Shown piece by piece: positions 20,541-30,635 of a DNA stretch of 64,000 bases. The position numbers and the translations under genes are program-made. Position 1 is the stretch's first letter; each line of letters opens with the position of its first letter. The DNA comes from a virus (taxonomy: Duplodnaviria; Caudoviricetes): positions 1-64,000 of IMG/VR virus record IMGVR_UViG_2882504083_000001; one strand, 5' to 3'. The notes beneath the pieces were generated by a model. It had not been told where the DNA came from. It saw nothing but the letters and a program-made list of their open reading frames with translations, and did not search any database.

Positions 20541-22229
20541 CTATTTTGACCGAATCAATAGCCCATTTGGATTCGAAAACATCGCCGCCATTTTCATAAA
20601 ACTCCCCGAAATCGTTTGAAGATCGCTTACAATCGCGGAAATCCCTGTCGATACTACGGGAAGAAGAGCCTTCTCTATCCCACCTACCACCTGAATAAGT
20701 GCCTTCATAGCCCCCTGATTTTCCTTGAAAAGATCGAGCATCGCTTTGTTTAACTCGTATCCGACCTGAGCCGCGTCCGCGCCAACATCAGACGCAAACG
20801 TCTCTTTTTTCAGGTTATCCAGCTCAAGACCTTTGTTGTAACCGGCTTTGATTGCAGAATTATCCGAACCGAAATCCTTGTAGCCGAATTTTAGATCCGA
20901 CATTTCCGTAAAACTTCCACCGGACATTTTTTGAATGATCCCGCGTGTGTTTCCATCGAGACCGGATAACGCGGAAGTCATAAATTTTCCGGGATTTTTT
21001 TCCGAATCGCGGATCGCTTTGAAAACATCCCCGCTGTTTGCTTTCAAAGATTCCGCCATAGAAAGAGAACCAAAAACGCCGCCACCAAAGGCTCCACTTC
21101 TTCCTTGATCGGTAAGCTGTTCTGCGAGAGCCATTTTCCGGGTCGGGTCCATTTTGGATCCGTCTCCGCGAACGATACCGGCGGAGAATTTGGCGTAGTC
21201 TGAAATATCTCCGGAGTAGCCTTTCGATCGAAGATTTTCAGAGATACTTGCAAGTTTTGAAATATACTCTGATTGGCGTAGCTCTCCAAATCCGGAGGCG
21301 TTAGCCCCACCTCTCAAATATCCTAAACTAGCATTCTTTGATTCTTTTCGAATCGTCTCGAGCTCGCGGACAACCTCTGAAAGACTTTTTCCTTGAGAGG
21401 ATGCAAACTGAATTGTTTCGGAATCGATTTGATTTCCTTTTCCATAAACGGAATCGCCGGTCACTCGACCGCGCATAACGTTCGCTTGTGCGAGTTCCGC
21501 GTTTGAGAAATAACCGCCTCCCCCGCCGAGATAACCGCCGGTCGCTCCGATCGTCGTGGCTTGCGACTGCATAGCGGCGTGATACTGTTCGCCAATCGCT
21601 GAAATTGTTTTTAAAACTCCTCCCGCGATCGCAAATGCAGCACCGACAAAAGGAAGTGATCCGGCCGCAGAGGATAATGTCTGACCCTTAACTGATCCTC
21701 CGTCCGATCCACCCCCTCCCCCACCGGCTCCGGGAAGATTTCCTAAACCACCCTTGTCAAAATTCGCGGATTGAATTTTTAACTCAGCTTTCTGGATAGA
21801 GAATTGTTTTGCGCCGTTAGGATTCGAAAGTCCTTGAGATGGACTTTCACCCGTACCATCTTCTTCACCGGAAGAATTCTTTTTTTTCTTCTTTGAAAGA
21901 AGATCCTTCGCGGCTGAGATTTTTTTGTCTAAGGTATAGTAGAATCCACCGTGACCGGTTTCGTCAAGATCTGAACCGTCTGCTCCAATCTTGTTCGCGG
22001 TTACACTTCCGTTTCCGTATTTGGAAGCAGATTCTTTGAATCGTTTTTTGTAATTCTTAGGATACCAGGATTCATCTTTTCCGCTGTTTCCTCCTCCCCC
22101 ACCTCCGGGAGATTTCGGAAACCTAACACCTCTCTTTGCTTTTCGCGCAACCCTTTCGAGTTCCTTTTCAACATCTTTGAAATCGGGTGTTGCGTGAACC
22201 GAAATGTCAATATGTTCGCCACTAGACAT
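20541..22229 (-). CDS. tail tape measure-like protein
   Basis: Follows tube and chaperone genes; Gly/Ala/Ser-rich helical, amphipathic segment AGSLPFVGAAFAIAGGVL. Confidence 0.7.
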   Translation of the reverse strand: MSSGEHIDISVHATPDFKDVEKELERVARKAKRGVRFPKSPGGGGGGNSGKDESWYPKNYKKRFKESASKYGNGSVTANKIGADGSDLDETGHGGFYYTLDKKISAAKDLLSKKKKKNSSGEEDGTGESPSQGLSNPNGAKQFSIQKAELKIQSANFDKGGLGNLPGAGGGGGGSDGGSVKGQTLSSAAGSLPFVGAAFAIAGGVLKTISAIGEQYHAAMQSQATTIGATGGYLGGGGGYFSNAELAQANVMRGRVTGDSVYGKGNQIDSETIQFASSQGKSLSEVVRELETIRKESKNASLGYLRGGANASGFGELRQSEYISKLASISENLRSKGYSGDISDYAKFSAGIVRGDGSKMDPTRKMALAEQLTDQGRSGAFGGGVFGSLSMAESLKANSGDVFKAIRDSEKNPGKFMTSALSGLDGNTRGIIQKMSGGSFTEMSDLKFGYKDFGSDNSAIKAGYNKGLELDNLKKETFASDVGADAAQVGYELNKAMLDLFKENQGAMKALIQVVGGIEKALLPVVSTGISAIVSDLQTISGSFMKMAAMFSNPNGLLIRSK

Positions 22230-22533
22230 TTTTTAGCTCGGAATCGATTCGATTTAGAATTTCTTTTTTCTTAATTTCCGCTTCCCGCGTAAGCATCTCT
22301 TTTGAATACCCGGCTTCCGTTTCCAGGATAGTTTTGATTGTCGGCGACAAATCCGTTAGGAATTGCTCTGGTTCGGTTTTCTTCACCTGACGTCTTTGGG
22401 AAAGAAGATTGATCCGTTTGAGTATTTTCTGAGTGTCCACTCTCGAAATCGCTTCGATCAGGAATCGTTTCTGTTCCGGGAAGAGATTTCCGAGGTGATT
22501 CACTCTCCTGGGGAAGATTTGAAACTTCGTCAT
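22222..22533 (-). CDS. downstream (T-like) frame of the tail assembly chaperone
   Basis: Open back to the A9 run at 22587-22595 in the +1/-2 frame; ends overlapping the tape measure start. Confidence 0.65.
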   Translation of the reverse strand: MTKFQIFPRRVNHLGNLFPEQKRFLIEAISRVDTQKILKRINLLSQRRQVKKTEPEQFLTDLSPTIKTILETEAGYSKEMLTREAEIKKKEILNRIDSELKNV

Positions 22534-22930
22534 TAGAAGAAGGTCGTAAAGATTCTCCTCGTTTGAAATTGCGTCGAGCGTCCCGATTTTTTTTTAACTC
22601 TGATCTAAACCAGCTCTCTTTCTTTTCGTATTCTTTGAAAAGATGAATCACAAACTCTTTGTCCCGTATCTTCTCGAAGTTATCTAATTCCTCGATCGGG
22701 AAGTTCTCCGGGATTTCTTTGATAACGTGATTTAGGGTTGTCGTTGCCCGGATATATCCGTAAGTATAGTTTCGAATCGATTCGAGGTATGCTCCGTTTA
22801 GACGTTTTGCGATCGCAATGTCTATGTCTATCTCTAAGGAAGGATCAGCAATTTCCGCTTCAAACTGATACGATTCTCCTTCGTATTTAGCGGACAAAGT
22901 TACTCGTGTATTCGGATCTAAAATTCTCAT
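22271..22930 (-). CDS. tail assembly chaperone (G-like)
   Basis: Between tube and tape measure; ELKKN encoded by TTA AAA AAA AAT. Confidence 0.7.
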   Translation of the reverse strand: MRILDPNTRVTLSAKYEGESYQFEAEIADPSLEIDIDIAIAKRLNGAYLESIRNYTYGYIRATTTLNHVIKEIPENFPIEELDNFEKIRDKEFVIHLFKEYEKKESWFRSELKKNRDARRNFKRGESLRPSSNDEVSNLPQESESPRKSLPGTETIPDRSDFESGHSENTQTDQSSFPKTSGEENRTRAIPNGFVADNQNYPGNGSRVFKRDAYAGSGN

Positions 22931-22975
22931 AAGAAAAGATTAATCCGAACACACGAGAATCGGAGAAAAGAAAGG

Positions 22976-23413
22976 TTAGTTAAACGCTTCCATTGGTTCC
23001 CAATCGACAAGTTCGAATTCGATTTCGCGGCCAGAGAGTTCGTTATTTGAAATTCCGAATCCTTCCGTATTGACTGCACCCGTAAGAAGACCGACACGCT
23101 TTCCAGAAATCTTGTCGATTACCAAAATGTCGTAGAGATCGTCCGCGTGTTCATCGTGATACGTATCGATTTGAACGACTCCTTCGAGAGCGGTTTTAAG
23201 AATATGAAACTCGCCGGATGCTGTCCCCTGCCAATCTAACGATTTAAGTCCTTTGGGTTTTCTCGTTCCGATTGCTTGAATTCTCTCTTGGTGATTGTTT
23301 ATATTCACGCGGAGGGACTTCATAAATCCCACCGCTTGCCCATTTATTTTTACTACCGCGTCATTTCCTGTAAGAACTGCTGGATTTGGTCTAGCTGATT
23401 TTGCCACGATCAA
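22976..23413 (-). CDS. tail tube protein
   Basis: 145 aa after sheath; LTGNDAVVKINGQAVGFMKSL...IQAIG pattern. Confidence 0.8.
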   Translation of the reverse strand: MIVAKSARPNPAVLTGNDAVVKINGQAVGFMKSLRVNINNHQERIQAIGTRKPKGLKSLDWQGTASGEFHILKTALEGVVQIDTYHDEHADDLYDILVIDKISGKRVGLLTGAVNTEGFGISNNELSGREIEFELVDWEPMEAFN

Positions 23414-25218
23414 CCTCCGTTACTCGTGCCGCGCACGACATCGAGGTTGATTAGGAAAAACATATAATTGATCGGAGTTACGATCGTGCCATCAGGGAAG
23501 ACGAAGTAGATAACATCGCCGTCGCGCCGAATATCGAAGTCTTCTCGAAAGGCGGGTTCACCCGTGTAAATGTTTCTTGTAAGCCAGCCGTATTGACCAA
23601 CGTATACGTTTCGAAAACGCTGGATGACCGCGGTACGTATATCTGCGTCGGTAAGGTTCGAGCCAAGAGCGGAAGGGTCTGTTGGAACCTCACCGATAAA
23701 AGTGGAATCAAGCCACTCTCTGAAATCTTTTACAAGAGCGAGTGCCGTGCAGATCGTCGAGGCTTGATTCTTGATTAAGTTTTGATTTTGATACGAGGTG
23801 ACAGCGAATTCAATTTTGTAAGGACCACCGTTCGGTTTTCGAGTAATCACAAGTCCACCGGCGCGCAAAACTTTTTTTATATGCGTTTTTGTTAGCTTCT
23901 CCGGGGCATCGACAAGGTTTAAGTCTTTGTATGTGACTGTTTCGCGGACGTTCGCGCTAGCTTTGATTGCGTTGTGAAGAACCGCAGTCATCCAACCCGG
24001 ATACGTTTTAAGATTTATGCGATCGGATGCGTAACGCGTAACGGGTGAAAATCCTAATACTAAATATTCTGAGTTAGTCCCTTTTATATCATCGATTCTT
24101 TGATCGATGGATCGTGTTAGGTCAAGACCAGCACCTCCGAACCTTTCATCCGCTCCCTCGGGTGAGTTCGCGTTTGCAAGTTTGTCTGCAAGATACAATA
24201 CAACGCTTGGAAGTGATGTACAGACGTTGATGTAAAAGCCTTTACATAGCTCGGTATCGAAAACGGTATCTATCGCGTCGAGATAGGCTTGCGGTGTTAC
24301 GACTCCTGTATTTCCGCCCGAAAGATAGGCAAAAGCGGCCATATCCGCGAGAGGTTTTCTTACAGGACCGGATTGAATCTCGGCAAGACCGTTACCTAAA
24401 AAGAATTGTTCCTGTCCGTAAAGAAGTGACTTTAGAACAAAAGGAGATGATTTTACATCTACGTTCTCTGAAACTAGAAGGTGATCGAGTGTTTGAGTCT
24501 TCTTGTCCGGCGATGAAAGAAGAGTGATTTCGTATCCGGTTCTACTCGAAACAAAACCTACAACTTCTTGTAAAGTTTCGTAGTCTTTAACAGGAACGAC
24601 TAAATCGCTAGATCCGTCAGTTGGAGCGGAACCCGAAAGAGTAATTCTTAACTCGTTCCCATCAAAGGAAAGTGCAGCGTTTCCAGCATCTCCTGTGTAA
24701 CGAATTCTAAGTTCGTTTGCCTCAAGAGGAGTCGAGGTCTGAATTCCTACCGCGTCCCCGACCTGTAGAATCGTTCCACCGCTCGTAATACGAAATCGAA
24801 TTTGATTTCCTCTCGGACCCGGAATGATCCCTTGTACTACGGCAGTAGTCCCCGCGAGTGTGGTGTTTGCGGTGAATGACGCGCGAACGTTAGGCGAAAT
24901 ATTGATCGCCTTAATCGTTTGCGGACCCGAAGAAAATCTAGAATCTTTGGAGGGCGAAAAAGCGGCAATAACCGCATCTGCCAAATCTCCGGAGTAGAGA
25001 ACCGAGCGCGCTTCGTCGGCTCCGCTAAATTCAAGAATTCGTTTAGAAGTTTCTAGACTTGAATCGTTTACATCGAAACCGTTGTCAGCCGGTCCGATTA
25101 AAACGAGAGTATTAAGATCGGGAGAAATTCCCGCGCTTTGTGATTTTGTACGAAATGCGCCTCTTGCGCCCGGTTGAATAAATCCTCTACCAAGAAATTC
25201 AACGTCTCTTGTTCCCAA
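23410..25218 (-). CDS. contractile tail sheath protein
   Basis: About 600 aa; FIQPGARG..., LVLIG, GGNTG...AID, C-terminal TPINYMFF; TTG 25218 preceded by GGAGGG. Confidence 0.88.
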   Translation of the reverse strand: MGTRDVEFLGRGFIQPGARGAFRTKSQSAGISPDLNTLVLIGPADNGFDVNDSSLETSKRILEFSGADEARSVLYSGDLADAVIAAFSPSKDSRFSSGPQTIKAINISPNVRASFTANTTLAGTTAVVQGIIPGPRGNQIRFRITSGGTILQVGDAVGIQTSTPLEANELRIRYTGDAGNAALSFDGNELRITLSGSAPTDGSSDLVVPVKDYETLQEVVGFVSSRTGYEITLLSSPDKKTQTLDHLLVSENVDVKSSPFVLKSLLYGQEQFFLGNGLAEIQSGPVRKPLADMAAFAYLSGGNTGVVTPQAYLDAIDTVFDTELCKGFYINVCTSLPSVVLYLADKLANANSPEGADERFGGAGLDLTRSIDQRIDDIKGTNSEYLVLGFSPVTRYASDRINLKTYPGWMTAVLHNAIKASANVRETVTYKDLNLVDAPEKLTKTHIKKVLRAGGLVITRKPNGGPYKIEFAVTSYQNQNLIKNQASTICTALALVKDFREWLDSTFIGEVPTDPSALGSNLTDADIRTAVIQRFRNVYVGQYGWLTRNIYTGEPAFREDFDIRRDGDVIYFVFPDGTIVTPINYMFFLINLDVVRGTSNGG

Positions 25219-25426
25219 ACAACCCCCTCCAGACCTCTTCAAAAGGTCTGTTAGCGATTGCTTTTAGTTCCGATTTGAATCTCTCCCGGAAGCGGGGAGT
25301 AATTGCTTTCCCGAGTTCCTTTTCTTTTTGTAAAAGAAACTCGTTTGCGGTTTGAATTACCGTCGGTTTAGAATTATTTTTTGGATCCGCTTTTAATTTT
25401 TGAAACTGAAGTTCTTCGTCTTTCAA
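25199..25426 (-). CDS. small virion-module hypothetical protein
   Basis: 75-aa ORF coupled between neck and sheath genes. Confidence 0.55.
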   Translation of the reverse strand: MKDEELQFQKLKADPKNNSKPTVIQTANEFLLQKEKELGKAITPRFRERFKSELKAIANRPFEEVWRGLFGNKRR

Positions 25427-26199
25427 TGTTTCGTATCACCTAAATCAAAGCCTTCAAAACGAGTTCGGCTTTTCTTTAGGAATACATCGAACGACTTCGT
25501 ATCGGGAAATAACCAAGACGGTTTTATTCGAAAAATCGATTTTGTTTGAACAAGTTTTACTTTGATTTCAAATCCCCAGAAAGGTTCTGAAAAATCTGTA
25601 GTAGTTAAGTTTGGTTCTGTGTCCTCGGGTAGGAAGACGGTTAGTCCCGGAAAAAGAATTGGAAGATCATTTGCAAGAAGTAGAGTTACGGCGAGTGATG
25701 CGTCATACAAAAATTTGTTTGTGTTTCTTCCTGCGTTTCCTGTAGAAAATCCGGTTATATAGACATCGGACTCAACGCTTAACTGAATCTGTTGGAAATT
25801 TTTGTTTCTGGAAAATTCATCGATAAAAGCTTTTGTAGCAAGTCTTTGACTTTCGGGTAACTGCGAAATCTCTTCTAAATATCTCAAAAACTGTTCTGAG
25901 TTTTGAAAGTGAAGATCGTTTAGTCCTAAAAATTGAGTATGACGCTCGGAAGCGCATTCGATTCCGATTTTTGGAAATTTTGAATTCGGACCCGTTACGG
26001 AGATACCTTCTTGATAGAGCGGATGACCATGAACAACCGGAACATCCAGATTTCTTTTTGAAATCCCGGTCAAAGGAAGACATTCGCGAAAAAAATTCAC
26101 GACCGCATCCTCCGGGGGAGCGGGATACGTTATAAGAATCGATCCTTTGTCTCTTCCGTCCTCGCGGCGAATGCTTTCTTCTCTAAGACTTTGGTCCAT
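25423..26199 (-). CDS. putative neck/tail-completion protein
   Basis: Position before sheath; FPKIGI segment; 258 aa. Confidence 0.5.
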   Translation of the reverse strand: MDQSLREESIRREDGRDKGSILITYPAPPEDAVVNFFRECLPLTGISKRNLDVPVVHGHPLYQEGISVTGPNSKFPKIGIECASERHTQFLGLNDLHFQNSEQFLRYLEEISQLPESQRLATKAFIDEFSRNKNFQQIQLSVESDVYITGFSTGNAGRNTNKFLYDASLAVTLLLANDLPILFPGLTVFLPEDTEPNLTTTDFSEPFWGFEIKVKLVQTKSIFRIKPSWLFPDTKSFDVFLKKSRTRFEGFDLGDTKH

Positions 26200-26227
26200 T
26201 TAAAAAGTGAAGATAACACTCAAATAT

Positions 26228-26974
26228 TCAAATCGGTTTTTTTCTTTTTTTTAAAAGTTCGAGGATCAGACTTTTCGTATCCGATGCGACAGCTTGTTTT
26301 AGAATTTTGGATTTTAACGCTTTGCTCACGTCCTCTCTTACACCTGCGAATATTTTTTGAGCGGGAATCGCCGGTTGAAAAAAGTTTCTACTTTTTTCAT
26401 TCACGACAACAAACTTTAAATAGGAACGTTTCACATTGCCGTTTTTGTATTTTTGTTCCGCGACAAACGCATTTCCCTTACCGCTCATTCCAGGATCTAC
26501 GCGGTATTTATACTTGTTCCTTGTCACCATTTGACCGTGTGCGTTCTCTTCCTTAAAGGTTCCTATCTTTATAATCGCAGAATTGATTGAATTGTGTTTC
26601 GGACTTACAGGTGTACCATTTTCGTTTTTCTTAATCGGTACAATCACATACGGTCCATTCTCTCCCTGACGCGCGCGGCTTCCTCCGAGGAGTGCCGGTC
26701 TCATGTCGTAACGTCCCCTCCCCTTCTCAAGAACCGCAAGATAATTGTATTTTCCTTTGTTCGGATGATATACTTGAAACCCACCCGGAATCTTTCTAAG
26801 TAAGATCCCTCCCCCGCCTCCGGCTTTGTTCGACATCGCCATCCGTCCCCACCAACTCGGTTTTGCGGAAAGTGTGCTTGCGATTAAGGAATCTCTGGCC
26901 GCCGTTGCGATTTGGTGAAGGACTCTTTCGGTATCCGGGAATTTCCCTTTATTATAAAGCTGTTCGAAGTTCAT
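26228..26974 (-). CDS. putative head-tail/neck protein
   Basis: Directly after capsid gene; YLAVLEKGRGRYDMRPALL...PYVIVPI resembles Twort-like neck proteins. Confidence 0.55.
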   Translation of the reverse strand: MNFEQLYNKGKFPDTERVLHQIATAARDSLIASTLSAKPSWWGRMAMSNKAGGGGGILLRKIPGGFQVYHPNKGKYNYLAVLEKGRGRYDMRPALLGGSRARQGENGPYVIVPIKKNENGTPVSPKHNSINSAIIKIGTFKEENAHGQMVTRNKYKYRVDPGMSGKGNAFVAEQKYKNGNVKRSYLKFVVVNEKSRNFFQPAIPAQKIFAGVREDVSKALKSKILKQAVASDTKSLILELLKKRKKPI

Positions 26975-27001
26975 AAAAAAAGGGGCGATTCCTCACCCCT
27001 T
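26975..27001 (-). terminator. intrinsic terminator after major capsid gene
   Basis: AAGGGGTGA-GGAA-TCGCCCCTT stem with GNRA loop followed by a T-run. Confidence 0.8.
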
Positions 27002-27028
27002 AACCTTTATAAGAATTTGAAATTTAGT

Positions 27029-28477
27029 TTAGATTCGAACCGGAACGTTCGTAAAGACTCTGAATTTTTCTTCCGCTAAAATCTGTAGAACGCTATAGTT
27101 CTCAACGATTCCAAGTCTTGAACGAACCACTCCCCCGGCTCCGTAAGGAAATAGCGTTTTTGTATATCCGAGAAGTTCGGAAAGAATCAGAGTTCTTGTA
27201 TCATCCGAAGAAGATTTACTGTTAAAATCTCCCATGACCATAATGGTTGTTCCAGGCAAATCTTCGTTAAGATCTTGAACGATCGTCGTAGGTCCGGCGG
27301 TGTTTTTTCTCACCTCCCGCATATAGCGGATAAGATTCGAATTTGGTCCTGTTTCTCTAAAGATCGCGTAACGTGTCTCAGGTACACCACCCGTTCCCGG
27401 AGTAATCGTGAGTTCGGAGGCACCGTTTAGTGGAACCGAAATGGTTTGAGCGGAGGAAGCCTTAGACCAGTTCTTTAGATCACCGGCACAAACACGGTAT
27501 TTGTAGTCCCCGACATACGAACCCGTAAACAAAGATCCCGGTACGGAATTCAAAGTGGAAACGGTAAAGGAAGGCATCGCCGGAGAATGTGTATCGGAGG
27601 TCGGTCCTTCTACCCAATGTCCGTTTTGATCTCTTCGAAGTGGAACTCCCCACTCGTGACGATCCATCCAAATATCGTCGTCAAAAACGATTACGCCATC
27701 TTTTGCGTTAGAATCCGCAACTCCGCTGACAACGTTAGACATTGTTGTTGAACCAGGAGACTGATTGTTATTTTGGATAACAATTCCATTGCCGGAACGA
27801 TCATAAGTCTGGTCATACAGAGCCTTGGTCGCCGGGTGCATCTTCGCGTAATTCGTAAGTCCGAAGTGTCTGGTTCGGATTTGCGAAGAATAAAACTTCA
27901 TCTGATCGACCGCCGGAAGAGATCCGCGACAATCGGTATAGAAATCACTTCCTAACGCTTTGATTTGAGTTTCGAAACCGTCTTGTTCGAGTTTGTTTAG
28001 ATCCTTTTTCCCAAACCAAATCCGTCTCATTTGGGATTCCATTCCCCGCTTGAGTGCAGCGTTTGATTGTGCGAGTTCTGGATCTTGCGAGTTATTAACC
28101 GTATCTACAACTTTGTTATAACTAAAACCCTCAGCGATATAGTTCACTTCGTTGTAAAGACGTTCGAATACTGCGTCTCTGTAGGTTGGTTCGTCTGACT
28201 GACCAATATACGAAGAGTTGTACCAACCGCCGCCATGCGATTTGTTTCTGTTGTATTCAGCGATGACCTGATTGATATTTCGGCGAGGAGTTTCTTTCAA
28301 AAACTTAAAGTCTTTGTCCGTGGAAACGGTTGCGACAAACACCTTGTCAAGCGATTGCATCGAGAGAACCGCACCCGACGAATTGAAGTCGATGAAAGGT
28401 GAGGCTCCGTTTTGTGCGGTGTTTGCTTCAAAAGCTTTTTTAATTTCTACAAGTTGTTCAAATGTGTGTGGTCCCAC
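27029..28477 (-). CDS. major capsid protein, Twort/SPO1-like
   Basis: IKKA/F near N-terminus; SLD...DFKFLKETPRR...EY..HG, VNNSQDP, IWFG align by eye with phage K/A511-type capsid proteins. Confidence 0.85.
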   Translation of the reverse strand: MGPHTFEQLVEIKKAFEANTAQNGASPFIDFNSSGAVLSMQSLDKVFVATVSTDKDFKFLKETPRRNINQVIAEYNRNKSHGGGWYNSSYIGQSDEPTYRDAVFERLYNEVNYIAEGFSYNKVVDTVNNSQDPELAQSNAALKRGMESQMRRIWFGKKDLNKLEQDGFETQIKALGSDFYTDCRGSLPAVDQMKFYSSQIRTRHFGLTNYAKMHPATKALYDQTYDRSGNGIVIQNNNQSPGSTTMSNVVSGVADSNAKDGVIVFDDDIWMDRHEWGVPLRRDQNGHWVEGPTSDTHSPAMPSFTVSTLNSVPGSLFTGSYVGDYKYRVCAGDLKNWSKASSAQTISVPLNGASELTITPGTGGVPETRYAIFRETGPNSNLIRYMREVRKNTAGPTTIVQDLNEDLPGTTIMVMGDFNSKSSSDDTRTLILSELLGYTKTLFPYGAGGVVRSRLGIVENYSVLQILAEEKFRVFTNVPVRI

Positions 28478-29268
28478 TATTTTAGCACTTCCTTATACTC
28501 GTTAAGAAATGCTTGAGCGCGATCTGACAGTCTCCATGTAGACTCGAAGTACGCTACGTCTTCGAGTTGGCATTTCCCAAGTTCAACGCCTTTAATGATA
28601 TGATTACTAACTCTTTCGCGGTCAGGACCGGCGATCACGCCAGCTATAACGCCGTTTTTTCCATTTTGTGATCTGGTAACGGGATTTTTTTCTGAATTCG
28701 GTTTTTCGGAAATTGATCCAATTTCGGATTTAAGCTTTTGAACCGTTGCTGATAGTTCTTCGGTTTCTTCCGCGCGATCGAGTAAAAGTTCGATTGCGGC
28801 CGCAAGTGTCTCTTGACCGGATTTAAGAATCTCTAAAGTACTTTTAAACTCTTGAAAGAAAGCGAGTTTTGCTTTTTCGATTTCTTTCTCTTTTTCTGCT
28901 TCCTCTTTCTTCTTTTCCTTTTCTTTATTCTTTTTTTTCTCGCCCTCGCCTTCCTCCTCATCTTCGTTTTCTCTTTCAACCTCCGATCCTAATTCGGATT
29001 TATTCACCTCCGAATCCTCATCCTCGGAATCGTCGAAATACGCGCTGATTACATCCTCAGCAAAAGATCCAGCGTCGGAATCGGAGACTCCTTGAGCGAC
29101 CGCCCACTCTTTTACTTTGTCCGTTTCTGGAAGAACACTTCCCGAATCGAGAAGGGTAGTGACTTTGGAAGCTAAGGACTGAAGATCCGGTGAACCCGGA
29201 TTTTCGGACTTCCGTATTGGTTTCGAAGTTAGGCGCGAACGAAGCCTATCAATCGCATCGACTAGCAT
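28477..29268 (-). CDS. putative scaffolding protein
   Basis: Acidic/basic low-complexity coiled coil between protease and capsid genes. Confidence 0.65.
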   Translation of the reverse strand: MLVDAIDRLRSRLTSKPIRKSENPGSPDLQSLASKVTTLLDSGSVLPETDKVKEWAVAQGVSDSDAGSFAEDVISAYFDDSEDEDSEVNKSELGSEVERENEDEEEGEGEKKKNKEKEKKKEEAEKEKEIEKAKLAFFQEFKSTLEILKSGQETLAAAIELLLDRAEETEELSATVQKLKSEIGSISEKPNSEKNPVTRSQNGKNGVIAGVIAGPDRERVSNHIIKGVELGKCQLEDVAYFESTWRLSDRAQAFLNEYKEVLK

Positions 29269-30191
29269 ATTCTTTCTCCGTTTAATTTTAGAAAAAGAGC
29301 GTCGGTGAGATTTTCTAAGTCTTCTCCTTCAATGCTGTATTCCAAAGATAAAATGGAACGAATCAAGGATGAGCGACACTCCATCCCCTGATTTACTATG
29401 CGGTCGTCAATATCGGTGAAAATTAAATCGACGAAGCGGTCTTGCGCGACCGGGTCCGATTGAAAAAGTTTTGTAAGGAATGCAAGCTTTCGTTCAATGC
29501 GAGAAAGCCTATCGATTTCAATGTTTTCTTGGATAGAAGATGTACTGGGTAAAGAAGCGACACCTAATTCCGACTTTTCAATGTCTCTAAGAAATACGGC
29601 TCCTTTAATAAGCTGAACGCTTGTATCTGGATTGATAACCTCTTGAAGCGGAGCTAAGGCACATTTTTTAAGTTGGATCTTGCGTATCGTTTTTCCTTGA
29701 TAGTCTTGCGGTTTTGCGTATCCGCTGACCGATGCTCCCCAGCCGTTGAATCCAGCTTGTAACCCTTTTTTGATTTCTTCGGCAAAACTGTTACCGGGAA
29801 AAAGACGTCCTTGGATATAGAGTCCGTCGTTTTTGATTCCAAGACTGGTAGGAAAATCGTCTTTCGTTCCGATCTGTTCCGGTGCGCCGATGATTGCTTT
29901 TGTCTTCGCGTCTTGAAGAGAGACAAGGGTCGTTCCTGTAAGTTTACCTTCGGATTTAAGGTCACGAATCTCTTTATCGATTAGGTCTGTAAGATGGTTG
30001 TAGTCGAAATATCCTTGCGAAGTGAATTCGCTTCGCATTTCTTTATCTGCATACGCAGATTTAAGAATAACCTCGCCTTGTTTATCTTCGCGTTCGGAAG
30101 AAGCTCTGACTAAGATTTTGATCGCACCGGTCCTGTCTTCAGGACTGGCTTTTAAAATCTGAAATGGATGTAAAAACGTAGTCTCATTCAT
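29262..30191 (-). CDS. prohead protease
   Basis: ASSEREDKQGEVI, GYFDYNHL, IIG.P, GLYIQGRL, GWGASVSG, INPDT. Confidence 0.8.
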   Translation of the reverse strand: MNETTFLHPFQILKASPEDRTGAIKILVRASSEREDKQGEVILKSAYADKEMRSEFTSQGYFDYNHLTDLIDKEIRDLKSEGKLTGTTLVSLQDAKTKAIIGAPEQIGTKDDFPTSLGIKNDGLYIQGRLFPGNSFAEEIKKGLQAGFNGWGASVSGYAKPQDYQGKTIRKIQLKKCALAPLQEVINPDTSVQLIKGAVFLRDIEKSELGVASLPSTSSIQENIEIDRLSRIERKLAFLTKLFQSDPVAQDRFVDLIFTDIDDRIVNQGMECRSSLIRSILSLEYSIEGEDLENLTDALFLKLNGERIC

Positions 30192-30232
30192 GGAGACTAC
30201 GCCTATTCTATATTATGGAATCGGTGAACTGG

Positions 30233-30568
30233 TTAGTTCAGAAATGTGTGAATCAAAAATAAAATACTGATAAGTTCGGTTTGAAGTTGAAAATCAAAAT
30301 TAAACAAAAATAGAAACTTGTTCTCGGATTCCACAGCCTTTTCTACTTCTTTTTTAACAACATAATCGCCTCTTAAAAATCGAAAAAGGACGCGGAAATA
30401 ACTGCATTCATATATGATTATCATCCAGCCTTCCTGCGAAACTTTCAGATATTCCAAATATTTAGCAAAAAAACCGTCGAGAACCCAAATCCCGTCGTCT
30501 CCAATCCATCCGCGCATAGGAAGACCCATATAAAATATCTTGTGAATTTTTTTCTCTTTCAAATCCAT
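30233..30568 (-). CDS. hypothetical protein
   Basis: 111-aa ORF with TATAAT just upstream. Confidence 0.45.
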   Translation of the reverse strand: MDLKEKKIHKIFYMGLPMRGWIGDDGIWVLDGFFAKYLEYLKVSQEGWMIIIYECSYFRVLFRFLRGDYVVKKEVEKAVESENKFLFLFNFDFQLQTELISILFLIHTFLN

Positions 30569-30635
30569 TGCGCGAGTACATTATAAAACAGTTGAACGTT
30601 GTAATTTTTCAAATATTTAAAAGGGATCTATTTTC

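Noticed and set aside
28870-29040. Tandem DNA repeat
   Set aside because: Low-complexity Glu/Lys codons of the scaffold protein, with no discrete repeat unit
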